A DNA stretch of 64,000 nt from positions 39,990,001 to 40,054,000 of the forward strand of contig NC_043008.1 of assembly GCF_006345805.1 (NCBI RefSeq). The letters are read 5' to 3'. The notes below the pieces were generated by a model that did not search any database, had not been told where the DNA came from, and saw nothing but the letters and a program-made list of their open reading frames with translations. This DNA is from Octopus sinensis (lineage: Eukaryota). Shown here in pieces: positions 1 to 11,329 of the stretch (position 1 is its first letter; the number at the start of each line of letters is the position of its first letter). The position numbers and the translations under genes were made by a program.

Positions 1-47
1 TTTGGAGAATGCAGGTAGATTTTAACAATTATATTTTCAGTTCTACA

Positions 48-660
48 ATGGAAGTGACAAAGGAGCATATTCGGGATATTTTGCTTTATGAGTTCAATGA
101 AGGAAATATCAATGCAGTATATGGGGTTCGGACAATAAGCCTAATCCAGACTCAACGGGGTTTCCAGAAGTACTGAGCCGCAGACTACAACCTAGAAGAT
201 GAGCCTCGTCCTAGAAGATCTGAACGTCCTGCAAACCGGTGTGGAACAAAATCTCATCGTAACTGTTGAAGAACTAGCAGAGAAGCTTCGAATTGGGCAT
301 TCAACGAGTCTTTCATGCCAGTGTTAGAAGAAAAACGACCATCTTTGTTTTCAAGACGAAAGGTATTCCTCAATTATGATAGTACACAGCCACATACAGT
401 GAGAATGGCATTCCAAAGGCTGGATCAGTTTGAATGGGAAACGATGCCCCACCCACCATATTTGCCATATATTATCATGTATCCTGCAGTTTTCTAAATC
501 ATTTGGATGGAAAACATGAATTCTATGGACAAGGTCAGAACAGTACTGGAGAAGTATCTTTCGTCACGGACAAGTGAACTTTGGAATAGGAGCTTTGCAA
601 ATCTACCAGATAGACGGAAGGGAATTGTAGAAAATGAAGCAGAGTATATTTTAGATTTAG
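48..660 (+). mobile_element. Degenerate mariner (Tc1/mariner) transposase relic with internal deletions
   Basis: ATG at 48 reads MEVTKEHIRDILLYEFNEGN. Later pieces read YNLEDEPRPR, FQRLDQFEWETMPHPPY (WE.LPHPPY motif) and GIVENEAEYILD at the C-terminus. Several frameshifts and deletions. Confidence 0.85.
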
Positions 661-788
661 AAAGATGTTTATCTTAATTTTGAAAAATAAAAGAAGTATA
701 AAAACACATTATTTATATACAAACACATATATATAAATATGTAGCCATATATACATATACATACATACATACAGACATGCATACATAC

Positions 789-863
<75 letters not shown>

Positions 864-1071
864 TGAGAACCGAGATAATAGTCCATGATGATTTTTTAGA
901 TTTTCTAAATAACTACCCGTGGTATTTTGAAGAAAATTTACATGATAGTACAGTACGCTGATTTTGGTTTGTATAAAAAAATTAATATTTGCTGTTTTTT
1001 AAAAAATTTCCATTAATCAACAATTTTCTCTTTGAAGTGAACAGAATTAATAGTCATAATATTGATTTCAA

Positions 1072-2499
1072 ATGACGGGGTGTGAAAAAGATCTTGTAGA
1101 CTATGCGAGGCACTAGATTTTAAAAGAAATAAGTAAAGCCAATTCTGCAGATAAATTGGTCAAGAAATTAGGTCGTCATGTGAAAACAATTCTCTATTTA
1201 CAAAATTTACAAATCCCAAGTATCGGAAAGAGATCAGTGATAACGGTAAGTACCGAGCAGTCACAGCGTGAGATATTTCCCTTCTCAAGCGATGCTTAAT
1301 TAAAAATCATCCCGGATGTACTAGTAAAAATTTATTTAAAGACCCTGGTATTGAAGATGTCTACAAATTAAGAGAGAAATAAAGTAATTGGTAGCTTTGC
1401 GAAAGGGAAGAAACCTGCGTGCAAGCCTCCGTTGACTCCCAAACACAAAAAGCTCGGTTAGAATGGGATATAATGTATATGAAGAGTGATGACAATGATA
1501 TTTTGTTCTCTGATGAGTAACTATTTCTTTACTACCCACAAGGGGCTAAACACAGAGAGGACAAACAAGGACAGACAAACGGATTAAGTCGATTATATCG
1601 ACATCAGTGCATAACAGGTACTTATTTAATCGACGCCGAAAGGATGAAAGGCAAAGTCGACCTCGGCGGAATTTGAACTCCGAACGTAGCGGCAGACGTA
1701 ATACATATTTCTTTACTACCCACACAGGGCTAAACACAGAAAGGACAGACAAACGGATTAAGTCGATTATATCGACCCCAGTGCGTAACTGGTACTTATT
1801 TAATCGACCCCGAAAGGATGAAAGGCAAAGTCGACCTCTGCGGGATTTGAACTCAACGTAACGGCAGACGAAATACGGCTACGCATTTCGCCCGGCGTGC
1901 TAACGTTTCTGCCAGCTCGCCGCCTTACCGAGGCACACTAGAGGGGCTTGATGTTTGGGTTAAGGAATGGGTGTTTTATGACAACCCCGCTCACGTGCGT
2001 TTACACCGTTAGCCAGAAGGAAGAGGAGGAGTCATGTTATGGACTGGCATCATAGGAGACAGAATGATTGGTCCATTTAAAGTGACAGAATGTATGAAGA
2101 TTAAGCTATCACATATTGTAACTTCATTAAGTATATCCTGACTGGTTTGATGAGATGCCATTATCTGAGCTTAGCAAGGTTAATTTTATGCACGATAAGG
2201 CCCCAACACATGCTGCTAAGAGAACCAAAGAGGTCCTCTTTCCTCACTGGGCTTCAAAGCAGAAACTTTAACGAAGTGGCCAACCTGTTTTCCAGATTTG
2301 TATCCCATCGAGAATTTCTGGAGCATCCTCAAACATAAGACCTACCAGATTGGCAAGTTGCACACATCTACAGAAACACTTTGGAAAGCAATAAAAGACT
2401 CTGCTAAGGCAGTCCTGCCCTCTGCTAACAAACACTAGCTGAATCTACTAACAGACGCATTGAGGTAGTCAAACAAAATGGCTCTTACATTAACTACTA
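1072..2499 (+). mobile_element. Degenerate Tc1-like transposase (DD37E/TRT-like), interrupted by a SINE dimer at 1522-1926
   Basis: Across frameshifts: GRHVKTI; KPPLTPKHK..LEW..YMKSD..ILFSDE; (SINE); RGTLEGLDVWVKEWV; GGVMLWTGIIGDRMIGPFKV; FMHDKAPTHAAKRTKEVL; KWPTCFPDLYPIENFWSILK; VVKQNGSYINY*. Confidence 0.88.
1522..1926 (-). mobile_element. tRNA-derived SINE family A, head-to-tail dimer (full unit plus headless unit)
   Basis: Reverse complement begins aggcggcgagctggcagaaacgttagcacg, has a B-box-like gagttcaaat(t)cc and the core gaggtcgactttgcctttcatcctttcggggtcga. The unit repeats at 1522-1705 and 1706-1926. Confidence 0.9.
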
Positions 2500-3558
2500 A
2501 TCATAGAAGCAAAGCTTCTGTGAATATGTTAATTATCTATTTTTTTTGTTCAATGGTATATTAAAGTACTACTTGACGTGAAGAGTCGCATATTTAGCAT
2601 GGAATATTATTTATTTCGTGTTTTCTGTTTCTTAATATGGCTTGCAAGATAGTGAATGTGAGCTTATGTTTTGAAATAAAAGCGACAAAATCAGAAGAGA
2701 CTAAGAGGAAAGAGAATATGTCATTGATGAGGCCGTAAATAGCGATGAAAGGACTTTGGCAAACAGTAAATTCATTGATTAACCAATAAATAAAACAAAT
2801 GTTTAGTCAGTTCGTTAGGTAAATAAACAATCACCTAACAAGAGCTGAGTGAAACTTAACAATTGCAGCTGTTTATTATAATTGATGTAATGATCTTCTC
2901 TAGACAGAACCAATATTAAGCCACGTGGTTTTTCTTCCAATCATCTTGGCTGAATTAATCATGTAGATAGAATTGTGGTGATACAGCATCAACATTATGA
3001 ATAAGAACCGAAGGAAAACCATTACAAAACGAGTAACCGTAGCATAGCATCAACACTGCCGCAAAAAGAACTAAAAGGAAAGACAGAAAACGTTAAACGT
3101 TATTTTCAATTCTAGCTGTAGAAGCAATCGTAACATTAAAACTCATATTTAGTGGAGTTATGACCTAAAAAGCACCATATTTAATTATTATAAATTAACA
3201 AAAGATGATCAATCAGTAAGCTATATGAAAAGAATGACATTCCATTCTGATTAACTCCATCCAGAAGTAAATAATTGTTCACCAACAAGTTATATTAGTT
3301 GAATGCTATAAATTAGTTTTTTATGATAATCATTTCCTGAAAAATGACGAAAGTAATGTTATTCTCAATATATATATATGCTGCACTTATAATACACTTG
3401 GCATTGTCCTAGATAAAGAGTGACTTCTACAGTCACATCTGCTACAGTACTACACTGCTTAGCTAACTGCCTAACCGCCGTATGCCGGTATATATCATAT
3501 GTGACTGCGAACATGCTGTTACTACAATGCCAATTGTAATACCCGTTATTTGAAAGTG

Positions 3559-4515
3559 ATTCATTCCGACTGCTTCATATTTGTCATATTTGTACGAAAA
3601 ACAAATCCCAAATTAACGTTAACGTTTACATATGTAAATATATACAAACATACTTCTGTGTAGCGTGTCTGCTTACATGAAGCTGTACATACATACATAG
3701 GCACACAGACACACACACGCACACACACACATACAGTGTATTGGCTATCAGTGAAAACAGTATCCAATATGTAATAACTTATTATAGATCATATATTGTG
3801 TGATCATTATATTTACCTTGTGTATTTGAAGTCATTCTTTTACTTGAAATATTTTCAAGACATTTTCAAAAATTTAAATGAAATAAACCATTAAATATGG
3901 TACTAACATACCAAATCTCTTAGTTGATGCGCGGCGTATATTTGATGCCTGCCGAAGCTAATTCACTACAATAACAATAACTCGCAAAGTAAATTTTACT
4001 GTGATGAGAAGCAAACATTACGCCTACTCACGTGATTGAAAAACATTTCAGTTTGATTATTATTAGAGCAGCTTTCTTAGCGAAGACGGTAACTTTGGAT
4101 TCCTTAGCCATAGATTACAAGAAAATAAGCCCTGTTGATTCCGTCCAAATATCCCTAATTGCAGTTCGTATTCGTAATATAAAACCAATTTCCTTTCTGA
4201 CAGAATACGACCAATGGTTTATTGCAAGCGACAGTCAGCAGCTGTCTCAAAGGAACGATTTTCGTTCGATAATGTTTCGCTAACTTCATTTCCCTTTCAG
4301 AGAGATAAAAGAATTAAGATGATTAAGCACACAAAGAACTATTTACATAACAGACACGCACTGTAACAATTTCCTTCTCCCGAACACCAAATTAGAAATA
4401 TCGGAATCAGAGAACAGAGATAACAAACAAACAAAATGTCATGTTTGAGATTCATTCTGACTGCCTCATATTTGTCATATTTGAACGAAAAACAAATCCC
4501 AAATAAACGTTAACG
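3559..4515. repeat. Dispersed 66-bp direct repeat pair (3559-3624 and 4450-4515)
   Basis: attcattc(c/t)gactgc(t/c)tcatatttgtcatatttg(t/a)acgaaaaacaaatcccaaat(t/a)aacgttaacg occurs twice, 891 bp apart. Confidence 0.85.
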
Positions 4516-4911
4516 ATATATTTAGAATCAAATTCAATGAAACTTAGACGAATAGCTTGTCTTTGATCTTAAATATATTTTATTTTAGAATCATTATTTA
4601 ATTGCTTAAAAAATAAAAACTTCTTTAGTGATTTCAATATAAATACAAATTTGTAGACGATGTTTTCGGTGTTATGATAATTAGGATATTTCCAGAAACT
4701 AGAGAAAAATTCGTTGATTGAAAAATTAAATGGATAAAAGAGATGTAGTATTTTCGAGGTTAGATTATTTTGGTCGTAGAATTTGTATTCTTTCCTACAA
4801 TGTTAGGTATGACTTGGAATCGCTATATTTATACACTGTTACAAATTATATAAAATTACATTACAAGATATTCCCAAACAATTTCCGAATGAAAAATATA
4901 TACAAACATAC

Positions 4912-4939
4912 ATATCATATATATATATATATATATATA

Positions 4940-4993
<54 letters not shown>

Positions 4994-5079
4994 TGTGTGT
5001 ATGTATGTATGTATGTATGTATGCATGTATGTATGTATGTATGAATGTATGTATGTATGTACGCATGTATGTATGTATA

Positions 5080-5127
<48 letters not shown>

Positions 5128-5165
5128 ATGCATATATATATGTTTGTATATATATATATATATAT
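4912..5165. repeat. Compound microsatellite (TA)n/(TG)n/(TATG)n
   Basis: Directly visible; explains five overlapping low-complexity ORFs. Confidence 0.97.
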
Positions 5166-5720
5166 CTTGGGCTTAGTAGTCCGCACTTTTAACCATTACA
5201 CCATATGCCCGTGGGCAATTATGGACTGAATTTTAGGGCTTATAAATATATAATATTCTCCTATCCTTCCTGAATACCATTTCCCATATGCTGCTCATAT
5301 CTTCACTCGGTCTGCTTAGGAGGTTGTTGTGTCCTAGCATATGTGCTGCTTCTTTTTAGCTTTCATATTTTCCAGTAGTGTTCTCTGTCTATTATTCTAA
5401 CTTCATCCTACAGGGGGAAGTGGTCTCCATTTTTCCATACATGATTTATCAATACCTCCTCGTGTCACAGCTTTTCCCTGTTCCTCTACCCTTATATTGA
5501 GGGGGCGACATGTATAACCTACCACAGCTGCATAGGATGGAGTACACGCAGTTCTTAATCATATTCTCCTGGTTGTTTTACTCGAGTGGGGTATTTGCGA
5601 AGTGTTGTATTAGTTTTAATTACTGTCCTGATATCATATGGGCCGCATATCTTTTGTATCTTTTCGGAGATACAAACAAGTTGAGGAAAACTATCCGTTA
5701 ATTGTAAATAATGTAAATAA
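5164..5720 (-). mobile_element. 3' fragment of a Penelope-like element (GIY-YIG endonuclease end, then a tRNA-like 3' module) with an inverted pseudo-LTR tip at 5674-5720
   Basis: Minus strand reads KNCVYSILCSCGRLY...KEAAHMLGHNNLLSRPSEDMSSIWE...*. A tRNA-like sequence (A-box TGGTGTAATGG) starts ~20 nt after the stop. Plus-strand aaacaagttgagg...ccgttaattgtaaataatgtaaataa matches the element terminus at 11102-11148. Confidence 0.8.
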
Positions 5721-5799
5721 TGTAGGCAAAAATTACCTTAAAATACTGGAAGTCTCTCATCACCCGCGTCGTCTCAATTTCTCAGGTGTTGGGGGGATA

Positions 5800-6169
5800 C
5801 ATCCAGTATCACCGAAGAGGGTCAATAGCACCCAGGAGTTTGAATAAAACGATGGAATGGCAACAACTGAACCAAGGCTCCGACAAAATATTGGAATGCA
5901 CGCCAGCAGGAGCAACTGAGGAAAAAGTAAATTCTTCTGTAGCTATCACATTCAATTCAGCAAAAGATCGCTTCGGAAGAGTAGACAGACCGGTTAACAA
6001 GTAAATCAAAGAAAAGCATAGAAGAAAAGAGAGAAACACCACCTAAGATGAGAAATCAAGATTCTAAATAAGCAGCATACTACCGAAGAAAGAGAAGGTG
6101 GTAAAAACTTGACAATTGAGCTCCGAAAACATCTGAGCAGATATGAAGTGTGGTAAGCCTTTGAAACGG

Positions 6170-6217
<48 letters not shown>

Positions 6218-6930
6218 CAAGAAAATGTGCACAGCTTATCAAAAGTCCATTTATGTTCAGCGAAAGACTATTCAGAGATTGACCAGCAACAGAGAAAATA
6301 TAGAAGCGTTTCTGATGGAAATCCACCAGGCAAATACGGAAACCAAACCCATGACGAGAAGCCAAGTGTCAGTAGATCTGAATTACCAGGAAATAAGCTT
6401 AAAATATCGATTAATAATCGTGGAAAGCTGTAGGACGGTCAAGATGGGATACAAGAAATGTCCATTGTTCTTTGGGAGCAAAGGGGATCATTCTATTGAA
6501 AAATAAAAAAACTGAAATTTGGTTCGTGATCAAGGAAGAAAATTCCTGAGAGTAACCAATTCTGAACCAACTCACATCTGATTGTTAAAGAGAAAACCTT
6601 CTTTACATTATTGAGCAAATAATGACTTAGAATGAATACACAAACACCTCTTTCAAGACAGGATCTCCAGGAGCGGGGCAGCGTTGTAGAGATTCTGGAG
6701 AGGGGCCAACTTGGCACACATCTTGTCAGGGTGCCGAATAAGACTTACTCAAGGTGGTTCTACAATAACGCGCTTGCTAAACTTTCTCGCACACTAGAAC
6801 AGGAAAGGCGGAAAGAAACACCACAACCAAAGAAAAACAACAGCAAAAAAAAAATTCATGAAAGAAGAAGAAAAGCCAGCAGGGCAGCAAAATGGATAAA
6901 TAGCTTACTATGTGAATCATAGTGTATTTT
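5800..6930 (+). mobile_element. Highly degenerate, internally deleted R2-group (HERO-like) non-LTR retrotransposon
   Basis: Fragments: EWQQLNQGSDKILE...FNSAKDRFG; LTSNRENIEAFLMEIH; GYKKCP; WFVIKEENS..NQF.T.SHLIVKEKTFFTLLSK (start of RT); then a jump to RGQLGTHL...YSRWFYNNALAKLSRTLEQERRK (zinc-knuckle region). Confidence 0.6.
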
Positions 6931-8744
6931 AAAATAAAAGAAGCAAGCATCTTATTTGAGCTCCTAGTACCGACATGTGTGTACTGTGAACAGCCAGTGG
7001 TGTAACACAACACACAAAAGTACCGGAGTGCCGATCAAGTGGAAGCGTTCGAACAGGTATCAGAATCTACATGCATTCACTATGAGAGTGTGCGACTATT
7101 TACATCTTTGACAACAAATCAACAAGACGTATCTGCTCTGGCACCATCTGGGCTCGATCAATTGAACTTTGCAAAAACAACAATTTGGAAAACAACAATT
7201 AGCGGAAAACGGTTTTGAAAAACAGGGTTCAGAGAGTGCACAGTGGAGCTTTTTCAAAGATATTCAGGGAGTTGGGTTGAACGATGCCGAAATCCATCAT
7301 TTGTGATGGAAAGCTTCGAATCGTGCCTTTCCATGTAGATGAGTTACTCTACAAATATATGCGATCTGAACGATCTATGTGAGTTAATAGAAACATACTC
7401 ATTTGCATGACTTGCGGTATGATACTCGTAGGAGTATCAACAGATGTTGAGTAGAATAATGCATACGCTTCACAGTACATGGGGAAATACCAATAGCAAA
7501 TCCTAGGATATGAACTATTAATCTCCAAATATACTACCACTAGATATATCATTCAAGCAACTTCACTTACTGTTGTCAAGAGTGAAACAAAAAACTGCAA
7601 AACACTATTTTGTTTCCTCTGCATGTATTTGCAGTTCTACACGGTCGTATCAACATTCATTCATCATACAGCACTAAAATAACATCACATAATGCAATCA
7701 TGCCGTTTTATTTGACAGTACATTGCAAGCCCTGGAATATTTATATAGCATAGTATATAGTCGTTCAATATATTGTTTCTTAGCACACTTTGTATTTTTC
7801 GATTAAACGCTTTGTTCTAGTAGCGGAATATTAGAAATTTCTCATTTCATTTTAAAATAAGATTTACAAATCTAAGCGTAAAAGGAAACGAGAATTGCAT
7901 TTATTAATAGATAATAAAATAGTCCTTGGATACGGATGAAGTAGGAAACATGACTGACAGTTTTATGTCAGTCAAATTTCTGCGGAGCACCAAGAACTTA
8001 TTGCTGTTGAAATAACTGCCTCACAGATAGTGTTATTGCTATGGTAAACAGTGAACAATGCTTAGCTTACAGGGAAAGCACATCGGTTTTGCTTAAGATA
8101 TACGATGAGTTTTATTATCAACTTGATGGTCACTTAAGAGAAGATTTAATTACTTCAGAGATTAAAGATATGGGTCAACTGAACTTGTCCCCACGTATTT
8201 AGAGCTATTAATGTTAATGTTTATTGTACTAGATAACCACATTTAATATCAATGTAGATCTGTATCTCAGAGATATAACACACGTACATACACGCAAGCA
8301 TACATCTATACGTTATAACATTAAGATATGTGAGTGTGAGATTGCATGCATATATATATACGCTTACATATATATATTATGTGCCTATATGCGTAAATAA
8401 GTATGTTTATATGTGTGTGGGCGTGTGGATATAGAGAATGGTTTTTATAGTTAGGTTTCTATAAACCTAGTGATTTATTCGTAAGTTCTGAAGAAATATT
8501 TGAGAACCAAATAAAAATCGAAACGAATGACGAGTCAAAGAATTGAATGCGGAAATGTGCACCGCTAGATGCGTCGATTATTGCTTGGAAAAAGAGATTA
8601 GTTTAAAATTATGACTCTTAAGAAAAAAAGAAAAAGAACTTATCGGGGAAATATAAATACAACATGTTTACATGAACATCTACCTTTCGATCTCTCTCTT
8701 TCTCGCTCTCTATGTATCTATCGATCGATCCATTTCTCTATTGA

Positions 8745-9052
8745 TCCATCTTCTTTTTCTTCTTCTTTTCTTCTACTTCTTCTTCTTCCTTTTCTTCTTC
8801 TTCCTTTTTCTTCTTCTTCTTCTTCCTTTTTCTTCTTCTTCTTCCTTTTTTCTTCTTCTTCTTCCTTTTTCTTCTTCTTCCTTTTTCTTCTTCTTATTCT
8901 TCTTCTTCTTCTTCTTTTCTTCTTCTTCTTCTTCTTCTTCCTTTTTCTTCTTCTTCATTTTTTTTCTTCTTCTTCTTCTTCTTCCTTTTTCTTCTTTTTC
9001 TTCTACTTCTAATTCATCATCATCATCATCATCATCATCATCGTCGTCGTCG

Positions 9053-9087
<35 letters not shown>

Positions 9088-9150
9088 TCCACCACCACCA
9101 TCACCATCATCATCATCATCATTATCATCAACGTCTTCTTTTCCTTCTTC
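8745..9150. repeat. Compound (CTT)n/(CAT)n trinucleotide tract
   Basis: Directly visible; source of the poly-F/S/K/E/M ORFs. Confidence 0.97.
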
Positions 9151-9190
9151 TTGATGTACAGTGTTTTATCTTGGTATATATATTTTTCGA

Positions 9191-9224
<34 letters not shown>

Positions 9225-9238
9225 GGTATTATTATTAT

Positions 9239-9746
9239 TGAGCGAGAGAGCAGTACATGCCAACAAAGTGACACTGGGGTAAAAAATACGAAGCCCGGCA
9301 TATCCATCGTGCCTACGCGTATGATAAGGTACATTTATCACAACCATATATGCGCGATATTGTGATTTCATATCATGACCTTGCAGGTGGGGCCCAGTTA
9401 TAATTTTCTTCTGGTCGAGTATCCCTTCCCGCTCAAAAGGTTCCTGAATAAGTTCTGTTTAAGGATGTTGAACGAAGCACCCATGTTTCCAGAGGTGAAT
9501 TATTCAAACCCCAAAGAATCCCTCTCAACACATTGCTATGCTGCTCCCCCTTACTTCCGCTCGTGATCAGAGATGCAAGTATCGTCAGTCACTAAGGGAC
9601 ATGCTTAAGTGGTTATGGTGAAAGAATTGATAAGCAAATCTGTGGTATTTAGCAGAATATTTGCAGTAGCCCATCTTCTATACCAAGACAAAATAATGTA
9701 CATGGTAACACTTCCAATCAGTTAAGATTAGAAGCCACGAGAGCCA
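9239..9746 (-). mobile_element. Family D non-coding retroposon (fixed 3' end ...ctgctctctcactca-(AAT)n), copy 1, inside an (ATT)n tract
   Basis: Homologous to 60587-61007 and 63279-63671; flanked by (ATT)n on both sides. Confidence 0.88.
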
Positions 9747-9830
<84 letters not shown>

Positions 9831-9949
9831 CATTATTATTATTACTATTATATGTTTAGTTTTTGATGGAAAAGTAAAATATTGATGAAATTTACAGACA
9901 TATGACGAAAAATTTCTCCTATGCCTAATAATTGTAGAAAAATTTCATA

Positions 9950-10318
9950 GGCGCAGGAGTGGCTGTGTGGTAAGTAGCTTGCTAATCAACCACATGGTTC
10001 CGGGTTCAGTCCCACTACGTGGCACCTTGGGCAAGTGTCTTCTGCTATAGCCCCGGGCCGACCAATGCCTTGTGAGTGGATTTGGTAGACGGAAACTGAA
10101 AGAAGCCTGTCGTATATATGTATATATATGTATGTGTGTTTGTGTGTGTTTGTGTTTGTCCCCCTAGCATTGCTTGACAACCGATGCTGGTGTGCTTATG
10201 TCCCCGTTACTTGGCGGTTCGGCAAAAGAGACCGATAGAATAAGTACTAAAGGCGGTGCCCCAGCATGGCCGCAGTCAAAATGACTGAAACAAGTAAAAG
10301 AGAAAGAGAAAGAGAGAG
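9950..10318 (+). mobile_element. tRNA-derived SINE family B, near full length
   Basis: Head ggcgcaggagtggctgtgtggtaagtagcttgct (A-box-like), ggttccgggttcagtccc (B-box-like), internal (TA)/(TG) tract, tail gactgaaacaagtaaaagag(aaag)n. Multiple homologs in the window. Confidence 0.9.
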
Positions 10319-10787
10319 TTGTAAATTTCTAAACATCTAAAACTTCTACTATGAAATAATGTGAAAAGAAAAGAATAAAAATCGTCGAAAAATACCTTGG
10401 GCAACATGAAAATACTGAGTATATGGAAAAGAATGAAATAATTCTGAGAGTTATTACAGAAGTAGAAATTTAATACAACTTTTGAGTTTAGAAAAAGATG
10501 AAAATATTACGACTTTATGAAAACTGCGTTAGAAAACACACAAAAATAATCGCTTGAAGAAGTAATTCACATATCCACAGAACTTAGGGTTTAAAACGAA
10601 ATCCATGCACTTAGATAAACTAAGGAGGAACTGTGATATAGTATAGAAACAAATCAATAATTGTTACGAAAATTCGAAGGTTTTTAGAATTAAACCAAAG
10701 AAATTGTTTTTCAGTCTTACTTATTTCAGTCATTTGATGTGGCCATGCTGGGGCACGGCATTGAAGGGTTTGGAGGCATAAATCGAA

Positions 10788-10932
10788 CCACGGGCATACA
10801 GCGTAGTTGTTAAGAGCGCGGGCTACTAACCTCAAGATTCAGAATTTGATTCCAGGCAGTGACCTGAATAATAATAATGATAATAATAACAACAATAACA
10901 GAAACAACAACAACAGCAACAACAAAAACAAC

Positions 10933-10991
<59 letters not shown>

Positions 10992-11148
10992 TAATAATAA
11001 TAATAGCAACAACAACAGCATCGAAAAATACCTTAGGAATGAGAACCCAGGTTCGAAGTTTCCCCAAGACACCTGATAAAGGCTGGAGGGTATCTAAGCC
11101 GAAACAAGATGAGGATAAATGTCCGTCAATTGTAAATAATGTAAATAA
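10788..11148 (+). mobile_element. Short element: tRNA-like head, (AAT)n, then a Penelope pseudo-LTR end with a hammerhead remnant
   Basis: ccacgggcatacagcgtagttgttaagagcgcgggctactaacctcaagattcagaatttgattccaggc matches 5164-5214 (minus). The tail has CTGATAA-A-GGCT..AGCC-GAAAC and ends gtccgtcaattgtaaataatgtaaataa. Confidence 0.75.
11066..11105 (+). ncRNA. Degenerate type I hammerhead ribozyme remnant (inactive)
   Basis: Core CTGATAA (canonical CTGANGA), 4-bp stem II GGCT/AGCC, then GAAAC. The cleavage site and 3' stem I strand are missing. Confidence 0.55.
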
Positions 11149-11329
11149 AATGGAACCTTTTACGTATTTTCTAAATTTGTTTGTTTATTCTGACAACCTC
11201 CTATTTGCTGAACCTCTAGGTTACACGGACGAAAAGAAAAACGCACAGGCTCATCAAAAGATGGTGGGGACAGGCAGAAAAATAAAATCACGCACAAGCA
11301 TAAGGACATACATATATATATACATATGT

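Noticed and set aside
1546-1861. ORFs in SINE family A (also at 24206 and 29675)
   Set aside because: Incidental frames in a non-coding tRNA-derived repeat.
1522-1926. Regularly repeated ~185-bp units or internal palindromes (gtcgac, atcgac) as a CRISPR-like array
   Set aside because: Eukaryotic SINE dimers: no spacer-repeat periodicity and no cas genes.
4730-5229. Overlapping ORFs rich in YI/CV/HT dipeptides (also at 18.5, 22.3, 47.9, 52.4-53.1 and 58.4-59.9 kb)
   Set aside because: They are translations of (TA)n, (TG)n, (TACA)n and (TATC)n microsatellites, which lack stop codons.
8611-9371. Poly-F/S/K/E/M/N/I ORFs (also at 10.8-11.4, 15.7, 55.5 and 57.7 kb)
   Set aside because: Trinucleotide repeat read-through with no coding signal.
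10788-10865. Functional tRNA gene (also the SINE heads at 9950 and 34080)
   Set aside because: Acceptor and T stems are degenerate and the sequences run into repeat bodies; they are tRNA-derived modules, not tRNA genes.
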